Below, in pieces: positions 25,036 to 32,000 of a stretch of 32,000 bases of DNA; position 1 is the first letter of the stretch, and every line of letters starts with the position of its first letter. The position numbers were made by a program, and so were the translations under genes. This DNA comes from Candidatus Saccharimonadota bacterium (GTDB taxonomy: Bacteria; Patescibacteriota; Microgenomatia; UBA1406; GWC2-37-13), in NCBI GenBank assembly GCA_016699265.1, contig CP064967.1, positions 840,001-872,000 of the forward strand, in the 5' to 3' direction. The notes beneath the pieces were generated by a model that ran no database searches, had not been told where the DNA came from, and saw only the letters and a program-made list of their open reading frames with translations.

Positions 25036-25584
25036 ATGAAGGTTGTTATTTCTGCTCATTTCGATTTAGCGCGGCCCATCATGTTCATGAAATTGGATGA
25101 CAAAGGACTTAGTGGGCTTGTTGACAATTTTGCGGGTGTATTTGCTTCATATCAGGCATCCCGACGCACGGGCACTCCTGTATATCTCACTAATTATGAG
25201 GAGCTTGATTTTGATGGAGCTGACGCAGCTGCTAAAACCCTGGATAAAGAGACTCTTGTCATAGTTGTCGACACTATCCTAGAGCAGGATATTCTTGGAA
25301 AGCCCGTATCTATTGCCAATGCATATGATCTTTCACCTGAAATTTGGACTCAGCTAAAGTCAAAATTTAGTGACAAGATTCATTTTAAAGACGGATTTTT
25401 TGAACAAACTGAAGACGAAAGCTGGATCTACGGTCATAAGAATGGCTTAAAAACATTTTACTTTGGAGTGCCTATCCCAGGCACATACTATCATAGTACA
25501 GAAAACCGCGTTTCCCTTAAAACAATTGACGACGCAACAGAAACTTTGATTGAGGTAATTAATTGGTTTTCAAACGTAAAGTAA
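25036..25584 (+). CDS. Hypothetical protein with M42/M28-like metallopeptidase ligand pattern (tentative)
   Basis: From ATG 25036 (MKVVISAHFDL...). The motifs SAHFD, GLVDNFAG, NYEELDFDG, TEDE and YYHSTEN occur in the same order as the H-x-D / D / EE / D-E / H metal ligands of M42/M28 peptidases, but in a much shorter protein. The GTG at 24988 is an alternative start. Confidence 0.4.
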   Translation: MKVVISAHFDLARPIMFMKLDDKGLSGLVDNFAGVFASYQASRRTGTPVYLTNYEELDFDGADAAAKTLDKETLVIVVDTILEQDILGKPVSIANAYDLSPEIWTQLKSKFSDKIHFKDGFFEQTEDESWIYGHKNGLKTFYFGVPIPGTYYHSTENRVSLKTIDDATETLIEVINWFSNVK

Positions 25585-25593
25585 AAAGAATCG

Positions 25594-27004
25594 TCATTGG
25601 TCTGATTGCAAAGCATTAACTTTCACCTCCAAAAGTAGTTCAATTTCCCGAGTTCGTTCCTGACCATCTCCAAGTATCGCATATCCAAATTTACCTCTTC
25701 CAAATTTTGATCTCATTGACTCAGTAAATACTACTCCTGCTTTTTCTGCCTCCATTGGATAAATAATATCTGAAAGCGCTTCCTTCAACTGAGCATAAGA
25801 AATACCATGAAGATTTTGTCTTATAAACTTGTCATTTGTCCTAATTGAAACTTCTTCTTCCCAATTATCTCCATACAAAAGTTTTGCCAAATCAACAACA
25901 TAGCTCATACTTGTTCGTCTTAAGTTAGCCTCGGTGGGTGATATTTGGCCGTCTGTTGCTAATATATAATCCGTATCGTACCAACCTCTATAACCTTCCG
26001 CACTTAATTCTTCTCCAACAGCAGAAGTAAATTTCCTAAGTGTATCAGCTTGTGTTTCATCAAACAAACCTTTTCCAGCAACGCATCCATAAAACCTACT
26101 TCCTCACCATCATGACGAATGACCATCGCGTCAATAGCTTGAACTTCAACCGTACCATCCACAGTAACAATTGCGTCGACGCTAGGATGTGCGCCATGGT
26201 GATTGAAGTCTACATCTATTCTTTCTTCAACTACCACTTTATCATTATGAAAAGACCATTAGCACGGATTTTTCCTCGCATTTCTTCTAACTTTTCTGGC
26301 GTGTCTACTTGCTCTTGTTTGAAAACATTCACACCAATACCAGCTCCACCTGAGTTTGCTTTAAAAACTACACCTCTACCACTTTCAATGAAATAGTCCG
26401 CTCTTGATAATGCGTCATCAACTGTATCACAAACATATCCTTCGGGGATTTTAATATCTAACTCTGGATGCTTAGCTTTAACTCTTTGTAATAAATCTCG
26501 TGAACCTACTTTTGTTTCAAAATATTCCGCAGCCGCAATCCCCTCATCGGTTGGGCTTTCTGGCGTTCTAAAATTTGCACCTCTTGATCGCAGGTTATCC
26601 ACTAAACCTTGAAATTGAGGAGTATACCCAAAAGGCACCACTTGCACATCTTCTGCTCTATCAATCTCATTAACGAGCTCCTGAAAAACACCCTCATCAG
26701 AAACAATATCACTTGAAAGTCCCGCATCGGTTTCATGCGGCACTAATAGTCTAGCATTCTTAAATCCAAAAAGAGTAGAGATGTCAGATATAAATTCAGG
26801 ATCAAGTGCTCTAGGTAATAGTACAATTTTGTCATCACCAAACCACATAAAATCCATATCGGCTTCATCAATATCGGATTCTACGAATTCTAATCTCTGT
26901 GATTCTGGAACAAATCTATCAACAGGAGAGAAAAACTCTCGGTCATTTCCCACAACTATCGATTTTATTGGAGGTCGTGAAGGCCCACGTTCTAAATCTG
27001 GCAT
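25594..27004 (-). pseudogene. ATP-grasp family ligase (pre-ATP-grasp plus ATP-grasp, PGM1-like?) broken into three ORFs by two 1-nt frameshifts
   Basis: ORFs 26231..27004, 26004..26237 and 25594..26067 read on as a single protein if one A is added to the A4 run at 26250-26253 (...RANGLFHNDKVVVEERIDV...) and one to the A4 run at 26091-26094 (...GEEVGFYGCVAGKGLFDETQ...). The protein has a GVVFKANSGGAGIGV loop and a DTDYIL...EANLRRT segment typical of ATP-grasp enzymes. Confidence 0.7.
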
Positions 27005-27059
27005 CGCGCAATGCCAACATACGCTCCTTATTTAGTCAATGTCGTCATCGTTTGGTACT

Positions 27060-27075
27060 TTGCTCCCCCGCGTGG
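27060..27075. repeat. Middle copy of the tRNA-Asn 3'-end sequence (ttgctcccccgcgtgg)
   Basis: 14/14 identity (gctcccccgcgtgg) with 27443-27456 in the tRNA gene. It lies 2 nt from the left inverted repeat of the GIY-YIG element. Confidence 0.8.
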
Positions 27076-27077
27076 TA

Positions 27078-27098
27078 TCCTTCGCTGAAGCTACAGAT
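27078..27098. repeat. Left terminal inverted repeat of the GIY-YIG element
   Basis: See 27076..27440. Confidence 0.6.
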
Positions 27099-27117
27099 AC
27101 CTATCTTAACAGAACAA

Positions 27118-27375
27118 TCATCTTTCTTTAAAGCTCCTCACCAGACGTTTATATGCGAATGCTTTACCTGATCCAGATTTTAAGTACAGTTCAAAATCTT
27201 TCGCTCCTTTTAAATTGGGAAATGCGCAGTACCACACCAACTTCCATGGAATATGAGGCTTGGTTGATAGTGATAAGCCGTCATTATGCATTTTAAATCT
27301 TTCTTTTAAATTTGGGCTGTGCCCGTAGTAAAAGATTTTAGATTTTGAACTGTACAAAATGTATGTATAGTACAT
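27118..27375 (-). CDS. Stand-alone GIY-YIG nuclease-domain protein (85 aa)
   Basis: MYYTYILYSSKSKIFYYGHSPNLKERFKMHN carries the GIY-YIG motifs. It is only distantly related to the copy at 3903..4151. Confidence 0.85.
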   Translation of the reverse strand: MYYTYILYSSKSKIFYYGHSPNLKERFKMHNDGLSLSTKPHIPWKLVWYCAFPNLKGAKDFELYLKSGSGKAFAYKRLVRSFKER

Positions 27376-27419
27376 ATGGCGCCAGCCGTCTGCCGTTTAC
27401 AACTTTAGACGGCTTAGTC

Positions 27420-27440
27420 ATCTGGAGCTTTAGCGAAAGA
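27420..27440. repeat. Right terminal inverted repeat of the GIY-YIG element, abutting the encoded CCA end of tRNA-Asn
   Basis: See 27076..27440. Confidence 0.6.
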
Positions 27441-27516
27441 TGGCTCCCCCGCGTGGACTCGAACCACGAACCTTATTCTTAACAGGAATCTGCTCTGCCA
27501 ATTGAGCTACAGGGGA
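27441..27516 (-). tRNA. tRNA-Asn (anticodon GTT), CCA encoded
   Basis: Minus strand reads TCCCCTG-TA-GCTC-AATTGGCA-GAGC-A-GATTC-CTGTTAA-GAATA-AGGTT-CGTGG-TTCGAGT-CCACG-CGGGGGA-GCCA. It folds as a cloverleaf with a 7-bp acceptor stem, T-loop TTCGAGT and anticodon loop CT-GTT-AA. Confidence 0.9.
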
Positions 27517-27632
27517 ATAAACAAAAATTTAAAGAGCAAAGTGAAAAACTCAAATATCTCCTCTCTATTTTATCATAAAGATGTGCGAGACCGGCTTTCT
27601 CAACTCAAATTCTGATGTTATATGTCTACACG

Positions 27633-27662
27633 TTGCAAAACTCGGTTAACACTGCGTACAAT
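27633..27662 (+). promoter_or_regulatory. Sigma70-like promoter TTGCAA-N18-TACAAT, ending 6 nt before the ATG at 27669
   Basis: Plus strand reads cgTTGCAAaactcggttaacactgcgTACAATgaatttATG. It lies inside the longer ORF-track prediction, which supports the downstream start. Confidence 0.45.
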
Positions 27663-27668
27663 GAATTT

Positions 27669-28142
27669 ATGGCAAAAAGAACACCTTCATACCTCAGCGC
27701 TCTCCAATTGATTGGATTTGTTTTCGTGTGTCAGGCTGCTGGGTCAGTTGGATCTCTCTTCACCTTTTCTGCAATCCCGAATTGGTACGCATATCTGAAT
27801 AAACCTTTTTTTAGTCCTCCTAATTGGGTCTTCGGACCGGTCTGGACCTTACTCTATACAATGATGGGTATCGCAGCTTACTTAGTTTGGAAGAAAGGAA
27901 AAGGAGTTTCGTTTTGGTTTTGGTTGCAGCTTGGTCTAAATACGTTATGGTCGATACTTTTTTTCGGATTACACAATCCTACCCTTGCCTTCTTTGAGAT
28001 TATTTTGCTTTGGCTCGCAATTTTTCTTTCGATCAAGGCGTTTTATCAAAGAAGTAAAACGGCAGCATATCTTCTCGTGCCCTATCTTTTGTGGGTTACC
28101 TTTGCTACGCTTCTTAATGCCTCGATTGCGATTCTTAACTAA
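27669..28142 (+). CDS. tspO: TspO/MBR family tryptophan-rich sensory protein
   Basis: Five TM helices. The segments NWYAYLNKPFFSPPNWVFGPVWTLLYTMMGIAAYLVW and WLQLGLNTLWSILFF are typical of TspO. Confidence 0.85.
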   Translation: MAKRTPSYLSALQLIGFVFVCQAAGSVGSLFTFSAIPNWYAYLNKPFFSPPNWVFGPVWTLLYTMMGIAAYLVWKKGKGVSFWFWLQLGLNTLWSILFFGLHNPTLAFFEIILLWLAIFLSIKAFYQRSKTAAYLLVPYLLWVTFATLLNASIAILN

Positions 28143-28152
28143 GGAGATATTC

Positions 28153-28365
28153 TTATGTAGTTGATGCGGAATATCCAATATTCTTTACGATTTCAATAAT
28201 TTTTTTATCAGAAATTAAAGACTCGTCATACACTACCTCGGTAATCATCTTTGCGTAACTCGTCTTCGACTCTTTCACTCCTTTTGTATCCTCCAGCTCT
28301 CCGTCAATATTCATAGCACAGCTTGAGCAATGCATCCCATCAATCTTAAATCGTTGAGTTCTCAT
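28153..28365 (-). CDS. copZ: Heavy-metal-associated (HMA) domain copper chaperone, CopZ-like
   Basis: From ATG 28365 (MRTQRFKIDGMHCSSCAMNIDG...). It has a GMxCxxC metal-binding motif. Its ATG overlaps the upstream stop codon as ATGA (28362-28365). Confidence 0.8.
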   Translation of the reverse strand: MRTQRFKIDGMHCSSCAMNIDGELEDTKGVKESKTSYAKMITEVVYDESLISDKKIIEIVKNIGYSASTT

Positions 28366-29348
28366 ATGATATTTATTACTCCTCGGTACATGCCCATACT
28401 GCACATAAATGGCATTGTGCCTTTTTGATTCGGAGCCCTAAATGTAACCGTAGCCGAAGATCCAAGAGGAACAATCTTTTGAATTCCTAATGCCGGAATT
28501 GTAAAGGCTTGAATGCAACCTGAGCCATTTTTATTGTCCAGACGAAGCGAGACATCGGAGTTCGCTTTCACCGTAATAGCATTTGGAGAGTAACCGAACT
28601 CATTGATCGATATTGTTGGAGTATCTGATGCGACCAAATTTTGTTGAGGCCCTTTGTCGCTGAATGAATAACCAGTTAATGCAAGTGCGCCATAAAAATT
28701 GTAGGCAGCAAGCAAAATGAGTGTTACGGCAGCAAACTGCATAAATTGATTATGTAGTTTCTCTCCCAACTTTGAAGCAAAGTATCCAAGAATAAAAAAC
28801 AAAGGAGAGGTCCCAAGTATGAAGACAAACAATATCGTGGCGCCAATTATCGGATTACCCGTTGCTATTGCGAGTGCCATCATTGCCTGAGTTGTGCCGC
28901 ACGGAATAAAGACAGTGAATGCTCCAAGAAACATTGGGGCAAATAAATCTGTCCTTTTGGACTGCCTACGTACAAGTCTCGTAAGAAATCTTGGAGGCTG
29001 GATGACGAAATAGCGAAATATTGGATGAACATTGAGTATGTTCATAGCAGTGCCTAGCATGAATACAACTACAGCAAACTGTAAAAAAACCTTAATGGAT
29101 AGCGACAGCTGAACCACCGCACCGAGCCAACCAAGAAGAAATCCAAGGAATGTATATGCGATTAGTTTAGCAAAGAGGAATGACAAAATTGGGACCGCAT
29201 TCTGTCCCTTCGCGTTCGTAACGCTTGCAATGGTAGACTCTCTTTGAGCTATCATCGAGGTCAGGAGTCCTCCTTGTACCGCAAGACAGGTTAGTCCACC
29301 CGTCACGAGGCCCGTTATAAAAATTGCGAATAGATTTATTTCTTGCAT
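28362..29348 (-). CDS. TauE/SafE (DsbD-like) type permease fused to a C-terminal cupredoxin-like domain
   Basis: N-terminus GLVTGGLTCLAVQGGLL followed by about 6-7 helices. The C-terminal ~100 aa (YSPNAITVKANSDVSLRLDN...FTIPALGI...MPFMCSMGMYRGVINI) resembles the EfeO-type cupredoxin-like fold. Confidence 0.6.
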   Translation of the reverse strand: MQEINLFAIFITGLVTGGLTCLAVQGGLLTSMIAQRESTIASVTNAKGQNAVPILSFLFAKLIAYTFLGFLLGWLGAVVQLSLSIKVFLQFAVVVFMLGTAMNILNVHPIFRYFVIQPPRFLTRLVRRQSKRTDLFAPMFLGAFTVFIPCGTTQAMMALAIATGNPIIGATILFVFILGTSPLFFILGYFASKLGEKLHNQFMQFAAVTLILLAAYNFYGALALTGYSFSDKGPQQNLVASDTPTISINEFGYSPNAITVKANSDVSLRLDNKNGSGCIQAFTIPALGIQKIVPLGSSATVTFRAPNQKGTMPFMCSMGMYRGVINII

Positions 29349-29362
29349 GGCTCTAATTGTAC

Positions 29363-31609
29363 CTATTTATGATCGAGTTTTACGGTTCTTAACCTGAGAG
29401 AGTTAAGGACTACCGAGACACTGCTTCCGGCCATCGCAACTCCTGCAAATACGGGATTCAAAAGAAGACCGAATACGGGATAAAAAACTCCAGCAGCGAG
29501 TGGGATCCCGATAACGTTATAAATAAAAGCCCAGAACAAATTTTGCTGAATTGTTCGGACCGTTGCCTTCGAAAGTTTGATTGCCTTTGCAATCTTTTCA
29601 ATTTCTCCACCCAACAATACAACGTCTGCTGACTCAATTGCAATATCCGTACCGTTTGCCATGGCGATACCCACATTCGCCTGTGTGAGTGCCGGCGCAT
29701 CATTAATACCGTCTCCCGCCATCGCAACGCTCGCTCCCGCATCCTGTAGTTCCTTAATTTTATGAGACTTGTCACCTGGCATCACCTCAGAAATCACCGA
29801 GTCGATCCCAACCTGTTTGGCAATACCATCTGCAGAGTATCGATTATCTCCGGTCATCATAATTACTCGAATACCAAGTTTATGTAGAGAATCGACCGCG
29901 CTCTTCGCATGTTCTTTTACCGTATCGCTTATAGCAATCACACCGAACTCGCTATCATTAACTGAAACAACGACTACCGTCTTACCTTCCGACTGTAGGA
30001 TTTGAATTTTTTTATTTGTTTTCGTGTCTTTTGGTTTCCGGACAGCGATCAAATCTCCTTTAATCGTACCCTCTACCCCTACTCCCTCTACCTCCTTAAA
30101 ATTTGTTACCCCAAGTAGTTTGACTCCCTGTTTCTTTGTGCGCTCCAGTATTGCCTGAGCTAGAGGATGAGAGGATTTTGATTCGACGCTTGAGGCAATT
30201 TGGAGTAAGTAGCTTTTAGATATTTCTTTCGTAAACGGTACGACGTCCGTAACCTCAGGTCTTCCATTTGTGATCGTTCCGGTCTTGTCCATGACAACCG
30301 TATTTATGCTTTTTAGTTTTTCCAGGCTTTCTGCATTTTTAATCAAAATACCATTTTCCGCTCCCTTTCCCACGCCCACGATGAGAGCTGTTGGTGTCGC
30401 AAGTCCAAGAGCACACGGGCAGGCAATTACCAAAACTCCAACCATACAAACTAATCCAAAGGACAAAGCGCTCGAAAAACCAATGAAAGCTATCCCGATG
30501 GTTATCCATGCAATAAAGGTACTGGCAGCAACAACCAGAACTACTGGCACAAAAACCGAAGAAACATTGTCTACAAGGTTCTGTATGGGAGCCCGTGAAC
30601 CTTGGGCCTCCTCCACCATCTTAACGATCTGCGCAAGAATTGTAGCGGATCCAACTTTTGTTGCGGTAAATAGAAAATGACCTTGTCTGTTCATCGTTGA
30701 GCCAATAACCGTATCTCCCACACGCTTATCGATCGGCATGGACTCACCGCTTATCATTGACTCATCAACTGAGGAACTTCCCTCTGTGATGGTACCGTCA
30801 ACCGGTATCTTAGTGCCTGGTTTCACAACGACTATGTCGCCAACCACAACCTCGGCTAACGGAATTTCTACCTCAACTTCTTTTCTTAATACGAGTGCGG
30901 TTTTTGCCTGAAGATTGATAAGTTTTTTAATAGCTTCGCCTGTTCTCAACTTCGATCTTGCCTCTAAGTATTTCCCAAGAGTAATGAAACCGATGACGAT
31001 TATGGTTACGTCATAATATGTATGCTTCACATCTATAAAAGCTCCGAGTGGACCTTCAAAAGCAGTAACGATAAAGCTGTAAATATAAGCCGCAAGAGTC
31101 CCGACTCCTACCAAAGTGTCCATATTTGCAGCACGGTACTTTATGAAGTTCCAGACACCCTTAAGATACGGAACACCGACCACGAACAACGCATATGTTG
31201 CAAATAGAGGAAGGAGGTGATGAAAAAATTCTTCAGTTACCATCGGCATTTCTGACCACAGGCCAAATGGTTTCGCTCCTATCTCCCACCCCATAACAAG
31301 TACACTTACGGCCATGATAGGCAGCATAGTGAATATCTGAAATCTTTGTCTCAGCAAATCGTTGTGAGATGAGCCATCTGACATCCGATGTTCGTTATCA
31401 ACAAATTGGTATCCGATCTTACTTATCTCCTCGTTCATTCGAATAACAGAAACGAGATGTGGATCGAAACTAACTCTTGCTTTCTCATTCGTGTAATTTA
31501 CGTCGCATGCTTTCACGCCGTTGAGTTTGCTTATTTTTCTCTTTATGATGGAGCTGCAGCTGGCACAGTGCATTCCTCTCACCTCGAATGTTTTTTGCTC
31601 TATAGACAT
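29363..31609 (-). CDS. copA: Copper-translocating P1B-type ATPase
   Basis: From ATG 31609 ([20 protein letters not shown]), with AGAGG 8 nt upstream. It has an N-terminal HMA domain, TGES-type SGES, a CPC motif ([11 protein letters not shown]), DKTGT and GDGINDAP. Confidence 0.92.
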   Translation of the reverse strand: MSIEQKTFEVRGMHCASCSSIIKRKISKLNGVKACDVNYTNEKARVSFDPHLVSVIRMNEEISKIGYQFVDNEHRMSDGSSHNDLLRQRFQIFTMLPIMAVSVLVMGWEIGAKPFGLWSEMPMVTEEFFHHLLPLFATYALFVVGVPYLKGVWNFIKYRAANMDTLVGVGTLAAYIYSFIVTAFEGPLGAFIDVKHTYYDVTIIVIGFITLGKYLEARSKLRTGEAIKKLINLQAKTALVLRKEVEVEIPLAEVVVGDIVVVKPGTKIPVDGTITEGSSSVDESMISGESMPIDKRVGDTVIGSTMNRQGHFLFTATKVGSATILAQIVKMVEEAQGSRAPIQNLVDNVSSVFVPVVLVVAASTFIAWITIGIAFIGFSSALSFGLVCMVGVLVIACPCALGLATPTALIVGVGKGAENGILIKNAESLEKLKSINTVVMDKTGTITNGRPEVTDVVPFTKEISKSYLLQIASSVESKSSHPLAQAILERTKKQGVKLLGVTNFKEVEGVGVEGTIKGDLIAVRKPKDTKTNKKIQILQSEGKTVVVVSVNDSEFGVIAISDTVKEHAKSAVDSLHKLGIRVIMMTGDNRYSADGIAKQVGIDSVISEVMPGDKSHKIKELQDAGASVAMAGDGINDAPALTQANVGIAMANGTDIAIESADVVLLGGEIEKIAKAIKLSKATVRTIQQNLFWAFIYNVIGIPLAAGVFYPVFGLLLNPVFAGVAMAGSSVSVVLNSLRLRTVKLDHK

Positions 31610-31613
31610 AGCG

Positions 31614-31886
31614 TTACCTCTTTTTCTTAAAGACCTCCATAATTTCTTCGATAGATTTATCAGCCTTCCCACTCTTTATGGCATTCGCAACGCAGGTTTT
31701 GAGATGATTCTCAAGTAGTAGATTCCCGGTTTCCTTGAGTCCCGCCTCAACCGCTATCAGTTGGTGCATGATGTCTATACAGTATGTATCATCCTCAAGC
31801 ATCGAAATTATCTTATCCAGATGACCCCGTGAAATCTTGAGACGATGCGCAATTCTTTCTTTTGTATTTTTTGGTTTATATGTCAT
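31614..31886 (-). CDS. csoR: CsoR/RcnR-family metal-sensing transcriptional repressor
   Basis: 90 aa. [12 protein letters not shown], and Cys-His-Cys ligands in YCIDIMHQ...HLKTC. Confidence 0.85.
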   Translation of the reverse strand: MTYKPKNTKERIAHRLKISRGHLDKIISMLEDDTYCIDIMHQLIAVEAGLKETGNLLLENHLKTCVANAIKSGKADKSIEEIMEVFKKKR

Positions 31887-31905
31887 ATATTTATAAGACT
31901 TGAAG

Positions 31906-31930
31906 ATACCCCCCCCATAGGGATATGGTA
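31906..31930. promoter_or_regulatory. Candidate CsoR operator (G/C-tract pseudo-palindrome ATACCCCCCCCATAGGGATATGGTA)
   Basis: It lies about 20 nt upstream of the csoR ATG, is the only C8 tract in an AT-rich spacer, and resembles the ATACCC...GGGGTAT-type operators described for CsoR repressors. Confidence 0.45.
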
Positions 31931-32000
31931 CACCTACTTTTTTCCACCTGCAAGTTCAACTGTTTGTATAATGTATGTATGATTGCCTACGAAGACTTTG

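Larger units (their letters stand above)
27076..27440 (-). mobile_element. 365-bp candidate mobile element: a GIY-YIG gene flanked by 21-bp imperfect terminal inverted repeats and 14-bp direct repeats of the tRNA-Asn 3' end
   Basis: IR-L at 27078-27098 (tccttcgctgaagctacagat) matches the reverse complement of IR-R at 27420-27440 (tctttcgctaaagctccagat) at 18 of 21 positions. The direct repeat gctcccccgcgtgg lies immediately outside both ends. Confidence 0.55.

Noticed and set aside
27387-27418. Resemblance of gccgtctgcc...agacggc to the Neisseria DNA uptake sequence (GCCGTCTGAA), which often occurs as inverted pairs
   Set aside because: Only 8 of 10 positions match, it is a single occurrence, and the taxonomic context is unrelated. 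It is better treated as a hairpin belonging to the GIY-YIG element.
1-32000. CRISPR array, rRNA genes or other large RNA genes
   Set aside because: I saw no regularly spaced short direct repeats and no rRNA-like conserved segments. The only structured RNA gene I could fold is tRNA-Asn.

Overview
This is a moderately AT-rich, tightly packed bacterial chromosome fragment. Its gene content suggests a Candidate Phyla Radiation (Patescibacteria)-like genome: a CxxC-x17-CxxC protein, a CPR-type T4SS-pilin-like gene, stand-alone GIY-YIG genes and many small membrane proteins. That placement is inference only. I support about 38 protein-coding genes, one tRNA-Asn and no rRNA or CRISPR array. Recognisable genes are a partial typA/bipA, two SDR oxidoreductases flanking a membrane-anchored cytochrome b5, a Clp/Hsp100 AAA+ ATPase, a Nudix hydrolase, a CNNM/DUF21-CBS gene, a metallophosphoesterase, DUF4386 and DUF4256 proteins, an ECF sigma module, a TolB-like beta-propeller protein, TspO, and a csoR-copA-permease/cupredoxin-copZ copper operon. 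Five things deserve a second look. (1) A 2.25-kb tandem duplication encodes two membrane-anchored surface-protein paralogues built from near-identical and divergent blocks. It lies downstream of, and co-directional with, a pilin-like gene, a large polytopic membrane protein and an atypical Clp ATPase. (2) The 3' end of tRNA-Asn occurs three times within 3 kb. The inner pair brackets a 365-bp element that carries only a GIY-YIG gene and has 21-bp terminal inverted repeats. (3) Six reading-frame breaks all sit in short homopolymer runs, affecting an ATP-grasp gene, the CNNM gene, the tail of paralogue A and the TolB-like start. They are either assembly errors or slipped-strand variation. (4) Sigma70-type -10 boxes end 5-8 nt before many ATGs with no Shine-Dalgarno sequence, which suggests leaderless transcripts. 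(5) An 18-24 nt promoter motif is shared by three otherwise unrelated genes. All family assignments come from reading the translations by eye. No database search was run.
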